DNA from: Eledone cirrhosa
Taxonomy: Eukaryota
NCBI GenBank assembly: GCA_964016885.1
Contig: OZ024743.1
Location: 317,688,001-317,752,000, forward strand
Direction of reading: 5' to 3'
Length of the DNA stretch: 64,000 nucleotides
Every line of letters begins with the position of its first letter. The first letter of the stretch is position 1. A program made the translations under genes and the position numbers. Shown here in pieces: positions 45,769 to 63,026 of the stretch. The notes beneath the pieces were generated by a model. It did not search any database. It worked only from the letters and a program-made list of their open reading frames with translations, and was not told the DNA's origin.

Positions 45769-47817
45769 ATTATATATGACAAGAAACATTATATGACAAA
45801 AAACATTATGACAAAAAACATTATATATGACAAAAAACATTATATGACAAAACATTATATATGACAAAAAATATATGACAAACACATTATATATGACAAC
45901 AAACATTATATGACAAAAAACATATGACAAAAAACATTATATATGACAAAAAACATTATATGACAAAAAACATATATGACAAAAAACATATGACAAAAAA
46001 CATATATGACAAAAAACATTATATATGACAAAAAACACTATATGACAAAAAACATTATATGACAAAAACATGTATGACAAAAACATTATATATGACAGAA
46101 AACATTATATATGACAAAAAACATTATATGACAAAAAACATTATATATGACAAAAAACATTATATGACAAAAAACATTATATGACAAAAAACATTATGAC
46201 AAAAAACATTATATATGACAAAAAACATTATGACAAAACATTATATATGACAAAAAATATATGACAAACACATTATATATGACAACAAACATTATATGAC
46301 AAAAAACATATGACAAAAAACATTATATATGACAAAAAACATTATATGACAAAAAACATATGATAAAAAACATATATGACAAAAACATTATATATGACAA
46401 AAAACATATGACAAAAAACATGTATGACAAAAAACACTATATGACAAAAAACATTATATGACAAAAAACATATATGACAAAAAACATTATATATGACAAA
46501 AAACATTATATGACAAAAAACATTCTATATGACAAAAAACATGGCAAAAAACATTATATATGACAAAACATTATATGACAAAAAACATTATATATGACAA
46601 AAGACATTGTATGACAAAAAACATTATATATGACAAAAAACATTATATGACAAAAAACATATGACAAAAAACATTATATAACAAAAAACATTATATATGA
46701 CAAAAAACATTATATGACAAAAAACATGAGAAAAAACATTATATATGACAAAAAACATTTTATATGACAAAAAACATTATATGACAAAAAACATTATATG
46801 ACAAAAAACATATATGAGAAAAAACATTATATATGACAAAAAACATATGACAAAAAACATTATATATGACAAAAAACATTATATGACAAAAAACATATGA
46901 CAAAAAACATATATGACAAAAACATGACAAAAAACATTATATGACAAAAAACATATATGACAAAAAACATATGACAAACACATTATATATGACAAAAAAC
47001 ATTATATGACAAAAAACATGACAAAAAACATATATGACAAAAAACATATATGACAAAAAACACTATATGACAAAAAACATTATATATGACAAAAAACATT
47101 ATATGACAAAAAACATGACAAAAAACATGACAAAAAACATTATATGACAAAAAACATTATATATGACAAAAAACATATGACAAAAAACATTATATGACAA
47201 AAACATTCTATATGACAAAAAACATTATATATGACAAAAAACATATGACAAACACATTATATATGACAAAAACCATTATATGACAAAAAACATGACAAAA
47301 AACATATATGTCAAAAAACATTATATGACAAAAAACATATGACAAAAAACATGACAAAAAACATTATATGACAAAAAACATTATATATGACAAAAAACAT
47401 ATGACAAAAAACATTATATATGACAAAAAACATATGACAAAAAACATTATATGACAAATAACATTATATATGACATAAAACATTATATGACAAAAAACAT
47501 TATATATGACATAAAACATTATATATGACAAAAAACATTATATGACAAAAACATGAGAAAAAACATATATGACAAAAAACATGACAAAAAACACTATATG
47601 ACAAAAAACATCATATATGACAAAAAACATTATATGACAAAAAACATATATGACAAAAAACATTATATATGACAAAAAACATTATATATGACAAAAAACA
47701 TTATATGACAAAAAACACATGACAAAAAACATGATATATGACAAAAAACATGACAAAAAACATTATATGACAAAAACATATATGACAAAAAACATATGAC
47801 AAACATTATATATGACA

Positions 47818-48004
47818 TTGCGGTGGATTGGCAGTATCGGTAGAGGGTCTGACGCTATGCTTTGCAGCAAAGAGTTACGCCCCTTTATGGTTTGAGTTCA
47901 AATCCCGCCGAGGTCAACTTTGCCTTTCATCCTTACGGGGTCGATAAAATAAAGTACCAGTAATGCACTGGATAATTGCTGGCCTTATGCCAAAAGTAGA
48001 AACA
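47818..48004 (+). mobile_element. tRNA-derived SINE, copy 2 of 7
   Basis: Same 187 bp and same flanks as copy 1; variant GAGGTCAAC. Confidence 0.85.
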
Positions 48005-49853
48005 ATTATATATGACAAGAAACATTATATGACAAAAAACATTATGACAAAAAACATTATATATGACAAAAAACATTATATGACAAAACATTATATATGA
48101 CAAAAAATATATGACAAACACATTATATATGACAACAAACATTATATGACAAAAAACATGTCAAAAAACATTATATATGACAAAAAACATTATATGACAA
48201 AAAACATATATGACAAAAAACATATGACAAAAAACATATATGACAAAAAACATTATATATGACAAAAAACACTATATGACAAAAAACATTATATGACAAA
48301 AACATGTATGACAAAAACATTATATATGACAAAAAACATTATATGACAAAAAACATTATATATGACAAAAAACATATGACAAAAAACATTATATATGACA
48401 AAAAACATTATATGACAAAAAACATTCTATATGACAAAAAACATATGGCAAAAAACATTATATATGACAAAACATTATATGACAAAAAACATTATATATG
48501 ACAAAAAACATTATATGACAAAACATTATATATGACAAAAAACATGACAATAAACATTATATGACAAAAACCATTATATATGACAAAAACATATGACAAA
48601 AAACATATATGACAAAAAACATGACAAAAAACATATGACAAATAACATTATATATGACAAAAACATTATATATGACAAAAAACATATGTCAAAAACATAT
48701 ATGACAAAAAACATATGACAAACATTATATATGACAAAAAACATTATATATGACAAAAAACGTTATATGACAAAAAACATGACAAAAAACATTATATGAC
48801 AAAAAACATATATGACAAAAAACATTATATGATAAAAAACATATTACAAAAAACATTATATGACAAAAAACATTCTATATGACAAAAAACATTATATGAC
48901 AAAAAACATTATATATGACAAAAAACATGACAAAATACATTATATGACAAAAACATTGTATATGACAAAAAACATATGACAAAAAACATATGACAAAAAA
49001 CATATGACAAAAAACATATATGACAAAAAACATTATATATGACAAAACATTATATGACAAAAAACATTATATATGACAAAAACATTATATATGACAAAAG
49101 ACATTGTATGACAAAAAACATTGTATGACAAAAAACATTATATATGACAAAAAACATTATATGACAAAAAACATATATGACATAAAACATTATATGACAA
49201 AAAACATTATATAACAAAAAACATTATATATGACAAAAAACATGACAAAAAATATTATATATGACAAAAAACATTATATGACAAAAAACATATATGACAA
49301 AAACATATATGACAAAAAACATATATGACAAAAAACATATGACAAAAAACATATATGACAAAAAACATGACAAAAAACATTATATGACAAAAAACATATA
49401 TGACAAAAAACATGACAAACACATTATATATGACAACAAACATTATATGACAAAAAACATGACAAAAAACATATATGACAAAAAACATATATAACAAAAA
49501 ACACTATATGACAAAAAACATTATATATGACAAAAAACATTATATGACAAAAAACATGACAAAAAACATGACAAAAAACATTATATGACAAAAAACATTA
49601 TATATGACAAAAAACATATGACAAAAAACATTATATGACAAAAACATTCTATATGACAAAAAACATTATATGACAAAAAACATATATGACAAAAAACATT
49701 ATATATGACAAAAAACATTATATATGACAAAAAACATTATATGACAAAAAACACATGACAAAAAACATGATATATGACAAAAAACATGACAAAAAACATT
49801 ATATGACAAAAACATATATGACAAAAAACATATGACAAACATTATATATGACA

Positions 49854-50040
49854 TTGCGGTGGATTGGCAGTATCGGTAGAGGGTCTGACGCTATGCTTTG
49901 CAGCAAAGAGTTACGCCCCTTTATGGTTTGAGTTCAAATCCCGCCGAGGTCAACTTTGCCTTTCATCCTTACGGGGTCGATAAAATAAAGTACCAGTAAT
50001 GCACTGGATAATTGCTGGCCTTATGCCAAAAGTAGAAACA
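49854..50040 (+). mobile_element. tRNA-derived SINE, copy 3 of 7
   Basis: Same sequence as copy 2 (GAGGTCAAC variant). Confidence 0.85.
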
Positions 50041-52346
50041 ATTATATATGACAAGAAACATTATATGACAAAAAACATTATGACAAAAAACATTATATAT
50101 GACAAAAAACATTATATGACAAAACATTATATATGACAAAAAATATATGACAAACACATTATATATGACAACAAACATTATATGACAAAAAACATGTCAA
50201 AAAACATTATATATGACAAAAAACATTATATGACAAAAAACATATATGACAAAAAACATATGACAAAAAACATATATGACAAAAAACATTATATATGACA
50301 AAAAACACTATATGACAAAAAACATTATATGACAAAAACATGTATGACAAAAACATTATATATGACAAAAAACATTATATGACAAAAAACATTATATATG
50401 ACAAAAAACATATGACAAAAAACATTATATATGACAAAAAACATTATATGACAAAAAACATTCTATATGACAAAAAACATATGGCAAAAAACATTATATA
50501 TGACAAAACATTATATGACAAAAAACATTATATATGACAAAAAACATTATATGACAAAACATTATATATGACAAAAAACATGACAATAAACATTATATGA
50601 CAAAAACCATTATATATGACAAAAACATATGACAAAAAACATATATGACAAAAAACATGACAAAAAACATATGACAAATAACATTATATATGACAAAAAC
50701 ATTATATATGACAAAAAACATATGTCAAAAACATATATGACAAAAAACATATGACAAACATTATATATGACAAAAAACATTATATATGACAAAAAACGTT
50801 ATATGACAAAAAACATGACAAAAAACATTATATGACAAAAAACATATATGACAAAAAACATTATATGATAAAAAACATATTACAAAAAACATTATATGAC
50901 AAAAAACATTCTATATGACAAAAAACATTATATGACAAAAAACATTATATATGACAAAAAACATGACAAAATACATTATATGACAAAAACATTGTATATG
51001 ACAAAAAACATATGACAAAAAACATATGACAAAAAACATATGACAAAAAACATATATGACAAAAAACATTATATATGACAAAACATTATATGACAAAAAA
51101 CATTATATATGACAAAAACATTATATATGACAAAAGACATTGTATGACAAAAAACATTGTATGACAAAAAACATTATATATGACAAAAAACATTATATGA
51201 CAAAAAACATATATGACATAAAACATTATATGACAAAAAACATTATATAACAAAAAACATTATATATGACAAAAAACATGACAAAAAATATTATATATGA
51301 CAAAAAACATTATATGACAAAAAACATATATGACAAAAACATATATGACAAAAAACATATATGACAAAAAACATATGACAAAAAACATATATGACAAAAA
51401 ACATGACAAAAAACATTATATGACAAAAAACATATATGACAAAAAACATGACAAACACATTATATATGACAACAAACATTATATGACAAAAAACATGACA
51501 AAAAACATATATGACAAAAAACATATATAACAAAAAACACTATATGACAAAAAACATTATATATGACAAAAAACATTATATGACAAAAAACATGACAAAA
51601 AACATGACAAAAAACATTATATGACAAAAAACATTATATATGACAAAAAACATATGACAAAAAACATTATATGACAAAAACATTCTATATGACAAAAAAC
51701 ATTATATATGACAAAAAACATATGACAAACACATTATATATGACAAAAACCATTATATGACAAAAAACATGACAAAAAATATATATGACAAAAAACATTA
51801 TATGACAAAAAACATATGACAAAAAACATGACAAAAAACATTATATGACAAAAAACATTATATATGACAAAAAACATATGACAAAAAACATTATATGACA
51901 AAAACATTCTATATGACAAAAAACATTATATATGACAAAAAACATGACAAAAAACATTATATGACAAATAACATTATATATGACATAAAACATTATATGA
52001 CAAAAAACATTATATATGACATAAAACATTATATATGACAAAAAACATTATATGACAAAAACATGAGAAAAAACATATATGACAAAAAACATGACAAAAA
52101 ACACTATATGACAAAAAACATCATATATGACAAAAAACATTATATGACAAAAAACATATATGACAAAAAACATTATATATGACAAAAAACATTATATATG
52201 ACAAAAAACATTATATATGACAAAAAACATTATATGACAAAAAACACATGACAAAAAACATGATATATGACAAAAAACATGACAAAAAACATTATATGAC
52301 AAAAACATATATGACAAAAAACATATGACAAACATTATATATGACA

Positions 52347-52533
52347 TTGCGGTGGATTGGCAGTATCGGTAGAGGGTCTGACGCTATGCTTTGCAGCAAA
52401 GAGTTACGCCCCTTTATGGTTTGAGTTCAAATCCCGCCGAGGTTAACTTTGCCTTTCATCCTTACGGGGTCGATAAAATAAAGTACCAGTAATGCACTGG
52501 ATAATTGCTGGCCTTATGCCAAAAGTAGAAACA
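52347..52533 (+). mobile_element. tRNA-derived SINE, copy 4 of 7
   Basis: Same sequence as copy 1 (GAGGTTAAC). Confidence 0.85.
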
Positions 52534-55500
52534 ATTATATATGACAAGAAACATTATATGACAAAAAACATTATGACAAAAAACATTATATATGACAAAA
52601 AACATTATATGACAAAACATTATATATGACAAAAAATATATGACAAACACATTATATATGACAACAAACATTATATGACAAAAAACATGTCAAAAAACAT
52701 TATATATGACAAAAAACATTATATGACAAAAAACATATATGACAAAAAACATATGACAAAAAACATATATGACAAAAAACATTATATATGACAAAAAACA
52801 CTATATGACAAAAAACATTATATGACAAAAACATGTATGACAAAAACATTATATATGACAAAAAACATTATATGACAAAAAACATTATATATGACAAAAA
52901 ACATATGACAAAAAACATTATATATGACAAAAAACATTATATGACAAAAAACATTCTATATGACAAAAAACATATGGCAAAAAACATTATATATGACAAA
53001 ACATTATATGACAAAAAACATTATATATGACAAAAAACATTATATGACAAAACATTATATATGACAAAAAACATGACAATAAACATTATATGACAAAAAC
53101 CATTATATATGACAAAAACATATGACAAAAAACATATATGACAAAAAACATGACAAAAAACATATGACAAATAACATTATATATGACAAAAACATTATAT
53201 ATGACAAAAAACATATGTCAAAAACATATATGACAAAAAACATATGACAAACATTATATATGACAAAAAACATTATATATGACAAAAAACGTTATATGAC
53301 AAAAAACATGACAAAAAACATTATATGACAAAAAACATATATGACAAAAAACATTATATGATAAAAAACATATTACAAAAAACATTATATGACAAAAAAC
53401 ATTCTATATGACAAAAAACATTATATGACAAAAAACATTATATATGACAAAAAACATGACAAAATACATTATATGACAAAAACATTGTATATGACAAAAA
53501 ACATATGACAAAAAACATATGACAAAAAACATATGACAAAAAACATATATGACAAAAAACATTATATATGACAAAACATTATATGACAAAAAACATTATA
53601 TATGACAAAAACATTATATATGACAAAAGACATTGTATGACAAAAAACATTGTATGACAAAAAACATTATATATGACAAAAAACATTATATGACAAAAAA
53701 CATATATGACATAAAACATTATATGACAAAAAACATTATATAACAAAAAACATTATATATGACAAAAAACATGACAAAAAATATTATATATGACAAAAAA
53801 CATTATATGACAAAAAACATATATGACAAAAACATATATGACAAAAAACATATATGACAAAAAACATATGACAAAAAACATATATGACAAAAAACATGAC
53901 AAAAAACATTATATGACAAAAAACATATATGACAAAAAACATGACAAACACATTATATATGACAACAAACATTATATGACAAAAAACATTATGACAAAAA
54001 ATATTATATATGACAAAAAACATGACAAAAAACATGACAAAAAACATATAACAAAAAACATTATATATGACAAAAACATTGTATAACAAAAAACACTATA
54101 TGACAAAAAACATTATATATGACAAAAAACATGATAAAAAACATATATGACAAAAACATTATATATGACAAAAAACATTATATATGACAGAAAACATTAT
54201 ATGACAAAAAACATTATATGACAAAAAACATTCTATATGACAAAAAACATTATATGACAAAAACATTATATATGACAAAAAACATGACAAAAAACACTAT
54301 ATGATAAAAAACATTATATATGACAAAAAACATTATATGACAAAAAACATATATGACAAAAAACATATGACAAACATTATATATGACAACAAACATATGA
54401 CAAAAAACATTATGACAAAACATTATATATGACAAAAAACATTATATGACAAAAAACATTATATATGACAAAAAACATTATATGACGAAAAACATTATAT
54501 ATGACAAACATTATATGACAAAAAACATATATGACAAAAAACATTATATGACAAAAACATTATATGACAAAAAACATTATATGACAAAAAACATTATATA
54601 TGACAAAAAACATGACAAAAAACATTATATATGACAAAACATTATATGACAAAAAACATTATATATGACAAAAAACATTACATGACAAAACATTATATAT
54701 GACAAAAAACATGACAATAAACATTATATGACAAAAAACATTATATATGACAAAAAACATATGACAAAAAACATATATGACAAAAAACATGACAAAAAAC
54801 ATTATATGATAAAAAACATTATATATGACAAAAAACATTATATGACAAAAAACATATATGACAAAAAACATGACAAACACTTTATATATGACAACAAACA
54901 TTATATGACAAAAAACATTATGACAAAACATTATATATGACAAAAAACATTATATGACAAAAAACATTATTTATGACAAAAAACATTATATGACAAAAAA
55001 CATTATATATGACAAACATTATATGACAAAAACACTATATGACAAAAAACATTATATATGACAAAAAACATTATATGACAAAAAACATATGACAAAAAAC
55101 ATATGACAAAAAACATTATATGACAAAAAACATTAGATATGACAAAAAACATTATATGACAAAAAACATTATATGACAAAAACATTCTATATGACAAAAA
55201 ACATTATATATGACAAAAAACATGACAAAAAACATTATATGACAAATAACATTATATATGACATAAAACATTATATGACAAAAAACATTACATGACAAAA
55301 AACATAACAAAAAATATTATATATGACATAAAACATTATATATGACAAAAAACATTATATGACAAAAAACATGAGAAAAAACATTATATATGACAAAAAA
55401 CATATATGACAAAAAACATGAGAAAAAACATTATATATGACAAAAAACATTTTATATGACAAAAAACATTATATGACAAAAAACATTATATGACAAAAAA

Positions 55501-56561
55501 CATATATGACAAAAAACATTATATATGACAAAAAACATATGACAAAAAACATTATATATGACAAAAAACATTATATGACAAAAAACATATGACAAAAAAC
55601 ATATATGACAAAAAACATGACAAAAAACATTATATGACAAAAAACATATATGACAAAAAACATATGACAAACACATTATATATGACAAAAAACATTATAT
55701 GACAAAAAACATGACAAAAAACATATATGACAAAAAACATATATGACAAAAAACACTATATGACAAAAAACATTATATATGACAAAAAACATTATATGAC
55801 AAAAAACATGACAAAAAACATGACAAAAAACATTATATGACAAAAAACATTATATATGACAAAAAACATATGACAAAAAACATTATATGACAAAAACATT
55901 CTATATGACAAAAAACATTATATATGACAAAAAACATATGACAAACACATTATATATGACAAAAACCATTATATGACAAAAAACATGACAAAAAACATAT
56001 ATGACAAAAAACATTATATGACAAAAAACATATGACAAAAAACATGACAAAAAACATTATATGACAAAAAACATTATATATGACAAAAAACATATGACAA
56101 AAAACATTATATGACAAAAACATTCTATATGACAAAAAACATTATATATGACAAAAAACATATGACAAAAAACATATGACAAATAACATTATATATGACA
56201 TAAAACATTATATGACAAAAAACATTATATATGACATAAAACATTATATATGACAAAAAACATTATATGACAAAAACATGAGAAAAAACATATATGACAA
56301 AAAACATGACAAAAAACACTATATGACAAAAAACATCATATATGACAAAAAACATTATATGACAAAAAACATATATGACAAAAAACATTATATATGACAA
56401 AAAACATTATATATGACAAAAAACATTATATATGACAAAAAACATTATATGACAAAAAACACATGACAAAAAACATGATATATGACAAAAAACATGACAA
56501 AAAACATTATATGACAAAAACATATATGACAAAAAACATATGACAAACATTATATATGACA

Positions 56562-56748
56562 TTGCGGTGGATTGGCAGTATCGGTAGAGGGTCTGACGCT
56601 ATGCTTTGCAGCAAAGAGTTACGCCCCTTTATGGTTTGAGTTCAAATCCCGCCGAGGTTAACTTTGCCTTTCATCCTTACGGGGTCGATAAAATAAAGTA
56701 CCAGTAATGCACTGGATAATTGCTGGCCTTATGCCAAAAGTAGAAACA
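56562..56748 (+). mobile_element. tRNA-derived SINE, copy 5 of 7
   Basis: Same sequence as copy 1 (GAGGTTAAC). Confidence 0.85.
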
Positions 56749-59700
56749 ATTATATATGACAAGAAACATTATATGACAAAAAACATTATGACAAAAAACA
56801 TTATATATGACAAAAAACATTATATGACAAAACATTATATATGACAAAAAATATATGACAAACACATTATATATGACAACAAACATTATATGACAAAAAA
56901 CATGTCAAAAAACATTATATATGACAAAAAACATTATATGACAAAAAACATATATGACAAAAAACATATGACAAAAAACATATATGACAAAAAACATTAT
57001 ATATGACAAAAAACACTATATGACAAAAAACATTATATGACAAAAACATGTATGACAAAAACATTATATATGACAAAAAACATTATATGACAAAAAACAT
57101 TATATATGACAAAAAACATATGACAAAAAACATTATATATGACAAAAAACATTATATGACAAAAAACATTCTATATGACAAAAAACATATGGCAAAAAAC
57201 ATTATATATGACAAAACATTATATGACAAAAAACATTATATATGACAAAAAACATTATATGACAAAACATTATATATGACAAAAAACATGACAATAAACA
57301 TTATATGACAAAAACATATGACAAAAAACATATATGACAAAAAACATGACAAAAAACATATGACAAATAACATTATATATGACAAAAACATTATATATGA
57401 CAAAAAACATATGTCAAAAACATATATGACAAAAAACATATGACAAACATTATATATGACAAAAAACATTATATATGACAAAAAACGTTATATGACAAAA
57501 AACATGACAAAAAACATTATATGACAAAAAACATATATGACAAAAAACATTATATGATAAAAAACATATTACAAAAAACATTATATGACAAAAAACATTC
57601 TATATGACAAAAAACATTATATGACAAAAAACATTATATATGACAAAAAACATTACAAAATACATTATATGACAAAAACATTGTATATGACAAAAAACAT
57701 ATGACAAAAAACATATGACAAAAAACATATGACAAAAAACATATATGACAAAAAACATTATATATGACAAAACATTATATGACAAAAAACATTATATATG
57801 ACAAAAACATTATATATGACAAAAGACATTGTATGACAAAAAACATTGTATGACAAAAAACATTATATATGACAAAAAACATTATATGACAAAAAACATA
57901 TATGACAAAAACATATATGACAAAAAACATATATGACAAAAAACATATGACAAAAAACATATATGACAAAAAACATGACAAAAAACATTATATGACAAAA
58001 AACATATATGACAAAAAACATGACAAACACATTATATATGACAACAAACATTATATGACAAAAAACATTATGACAAAAAATATTATATATGACAAAAAAC
58101 ATGACAAAAAACATGACAAAAAACATATAACAAAAAACATTATATATGACAAAAACATTGTATAACAAAAAACACTATATGACAAAAAACATTATATATC
58201 ACAAAAAACATGATAAAAAACATATATGACAAAAAACATTATATATGACAAAAAACATTATATATGACAGAAAACATTATATGACAAAAAACATTATATG
58301 ACAAAAAACATTCTATATGACAAAAAACATTATATGACAAAAACATTATATATGACAAAAAACATGACAAAAAACACTATATGATAAAAAACATTATATA
58401 TGACAAAAAACATTATATGACAAAAAACATATATGACAAAAAACATATGACAAACACATTATATATGACAACAAACATTATATGACAAAAAACATTATGA
58501 CAAAACATTATATATGACAAAAAACATTATATGACAAAAAACATTATATATGACAAAAAACATTATATGACGAAAAACATTATATATGACAAACATTATA
58601 TGACAAAAAACATATATGACAAAAAACATTATATGACAAAAACATTATATGACAAAAAACATTATATGACAAAAAACATTATATATGACAAAAAACATGA
58701 CAAAAAACATTATATATGACAAAACATTATATGACAAAAAACATTATATATGACAAAAAACATTACATGACAAAACATTATATATGACAAAAAACATGAC
58801 AATAAACATTATATGACAAAAAACATTATATATGACAAAAAACATATGACAAAAAACATATATGACAAAAAACATGACAAAAAACATTATATGATAAAAA
58901 ACATTATATATGACAAAAAACATTATATGACAAAAAACATATATGACAAAAAACATATGACAAACACTTTATATATGACAACAAACATTATATGACAAAT
59001 AACATTATGACAAAACATTATATATGACAAAAAACATTATATGACAAAAAACATTATTTATGACAAAAAACATTATATGACAAAAAACATTATATATGAC
59101 AAACATTATATGACAAAAACATTATATGACAAAAACACTATATGACAAAAAACATTATATATGACAAAAAACATTATATGACAAAAAACATATGACAAAA
59201 AACATATGACAAAAAACATTATATGACAAAAAACATTAGATATGACAAAAAACATTATATGACAAAAAACATTATATGACAAAAACATTCTATATGACAA
59301 AAAACATTATATATGACAAAAAACATGACAAAAAACATTATATGACAAATAACATTATATATGACATAAAACATTATATGACAAAAAACATTACATGACA
59401 AAAAACATAACAAAAAATATTATATATGACATAAAACATTATATATGACAAAAAACATGAGAAAAAACATTATATATGACAAAAAACATATATGACAAAA
59501 AACATGACAAACATTATATATGACAAAAAACATTATATGACAAAAAACATGACAAAAAACATATATGACAAAAAACATTATATATGACAAAAAACATATA
59601 TGACAAAAAACATTATATGACAAAAAACATATAACAAAAAATATTATATATGACATAAAACATTATATATTACAAAAAACATTATATGACAAAAAACATG

Positions 59701-60417
59701 AGAAAAAACATTATATATGACAAAAAACATATATGACAAAAAACATGACAAACATTATATATGACAAAAAACATTATATGACAAAAAACATGACAAAAAA
59801 CATATATGACAAAAAACATATATGACAAAAAACATTATATATGACAAAAAACATTATATGACAAAAAACATGACAAAAAACATTATATGACAAAAAACAT
59901 TATATATGACAAAAAACATTATATGACAAAAAACATTATATGACAAAAACATTCTATATGACAAAAAACATTATATATGACAAAAAACATATGACAAAAA
60001 ACATTATATGACAAATAACATTATATATGACATAAAACATTATATGACAAAAAACATTATATAACAAAAAACATTATATATGACATAAAACATTATATAT
60101 GACAAAAAACATTATATGACAAAAAACATGAGAAAAAACATTATATATGACAAAAAACATTATGACAAAAAACATATGACAAAAAACACTATATGACAAA
60201 AAACATCATATATGACAAAAAACATTATATGACAAAAAACATATATGACAAAAAACATTATATATGACAAAGAACATTATATATGACAAAAAACATTATA
60301 TATGACAAAAAACATTATATGACAAAAAACATGATATATGACAAAAAACATGACAAAAAACATTATATGACAAAAACATATATGACAAAAAACATATGAC
60401 AAACATTATATATGACA

Positions 60418-60604
60418 TTGCGGTGGATTGGCAGTATCGGTAGAGGGTCTGACGCTATGCTTTGCAGCAAAGAGTTACGCCCCTTTATGGTTCGAGTTCA
60501 AATCCCGCCGAGCTTAACTTTGCCTTTCATCCTTACGGGGTCGATAAAATAAAGTACCAGTAATGCACTGGATAATTGCTGGCCTTATGCCAAAAGTAGA
60601 AACA
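60418..60604 (+). mobile_element. tRNA-derived SINE, copy 6 of 7
   Basis: Variants GGTTCGAG and GAGCTTAAC. Confidence 0.85.
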
Positions 60605-62839
60605 ATTATATATGACAAGAAACATTATATGACAAAAAACATTATGACAAAAAACATTATATATGACAAAAAACATTATATGACAAAACATTATATATGA
60701 CAAAAAATATATGACAAACACATTATATATGACAAAAAACATATGACAAAAAACATTATATATGACAAAAAACATTATATGACAAAAAAATATGACAAAA
60801 AACCTATATCACAAAAAACATATGACAAAAAACATATATGACAAAAAACATTATATATGACAAAAAACACTATGACAAAAAACATTATGACAAAAAACAT
60901 GTATGACAAAAACATTATACATGACAAAAAACATTATATATGACAAAAAACATTATATGACAAAAAACATTCTATATGACAAAAAACATTATATGACGAA
61001 AAACATTATATATGACAAACATTATATGACAAAAAACATATATGACAAAAAACATTATATGACAAAAACATTATATGACAAAAAACATTATATGACAAAA
61101 AACATTATATATGACAAAAAACATGACAAAAAACATTATATATGACAAAACATTATATGACAAAAAACATTATATATGACAAAAAACATTACATGACAAA
61201 ACATTATATATGACAAAAAACATGACAATAAACATTATATGACAAAAAACATTATATATGACAAAAAACATATGACAAAAAACATATATGACAAAAAACA
61301 TGACAAAAAACATTATATGATAAAAAACATATATGACAAAAAACATTATATGACAAAAAACATATATGACAAAAAACATATGAGAAACACTTTATATATG
61401 ACAACAAACATTATATGACAAAAAACATTATGACAAAACATTATATATGACAAAAAACATTATATGACAAAAAACATTATTTATGACAAAAAACATTATA
61501 TGACAAAAAACTATATATGACAAACATTATATGACAAAAACACTATATGACAAAAAACATTATATATGACAAAAAACATTATATGACAAAAAACATATGA
61601 CAAAAAACATGACAAAAAACATTATATGACAAAAAACATTAGATATGACAAAAAACATTATATGACAAAAAACATTATATGACAAAAACATTCTATATGA
61701 CAAAAAACATTATATATGACAAAAAACATATGACAAAAAACATTATATGACAAATAACATTATATATGACATAAAACATTATATGACAAAAAACATTACA
61801 TGACAAAAAACATAACAAAAAATATTATATATGGCATAAAACATTATATATGACAAAAAACATTATATGACAAAAAACATGAGAAAAAACATTATATATG
61901 ACAAAAAACATGACAAACATTATATATGACAAAAAACATTATATGACAAAAAACATGACAAAAAACATATATGACAAAAAACATTATATATGACAAAAAA
62001 CATATATGACAAAAAACATTATATGACAAAAAACATATAACAAAAAATATTATATATGACATAAAACATTATATATGACAAAAAACATTATATGACAAAA
62101 AACATGAGAAAAAACATTATATATGACAAAAAACATATATGACAAAAAACATGACAAACATTATATATGACAAAAAACATTATATGACAAAAAACATGAC
62201 AAAAAACATATATGACAAAAAACATATATGACAAAAAACATTATATATGACAAAAAACATTATATGACAAAAAACATGACAAAAAACATTATATGACAGA
62301 AAACATTATATATGACAAAAAACATTATATGACAAAAAACATTATATGACAAAAACATTCTATATGACAAAAAACATTATATATGACAAAAAACATATGA
62401 CAAAAAACATTATATGACAAATAACATTATATATGACATAAAACATTATATGACAAAAAACATTATATAACAAAAAACATTATATAACAAAAAACATTAT
62501 ATATGACATAAAACATTATATATGACAAAAAACATTATATGACAAAAAACATGAGAAAAAACATTATATATGACAAAAAACATTATGACAAAAAACATAT
62601 GACAAAAAACACTATATGACAAAAAACATCATATATGACAAAAAACATTATATGACAAAAAACATATATGACAAAAACATTATATATGACAAAGAACATT
62701 ATATATGACAAAAAACATTATATATGACAAAAAACATTATATGACAAAAAACATGATATATGACAAAAAACATGACAAAAAACATTATATGACAAAAACA
62801 TATATGACAAAAAACATATGACAAACATTATATATGACA

Positions 62840-63026
62840 TTGCGGTGGATTGGCAGTATCGGTAGAGGGTCTGACGCTATGCTTTGCAGCAAAGAGTTAC
62901 GCCCCTTTATGGTTCGAGTTCAAATCCCGCCGAGCTTAACTTTGCCTTTCATCCTTACGGGGTCGATAAAATAAAGTACCAGTAATGCACTGGATAATTG
63001 CTGGCCTTATGCCAAAAGTAGAAACA
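62840..63026 (+). mobile_element. tRNA-derived SINE, copy 7 of 7
   Basis: Same variants as copy 6. Confidence 0.85.
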
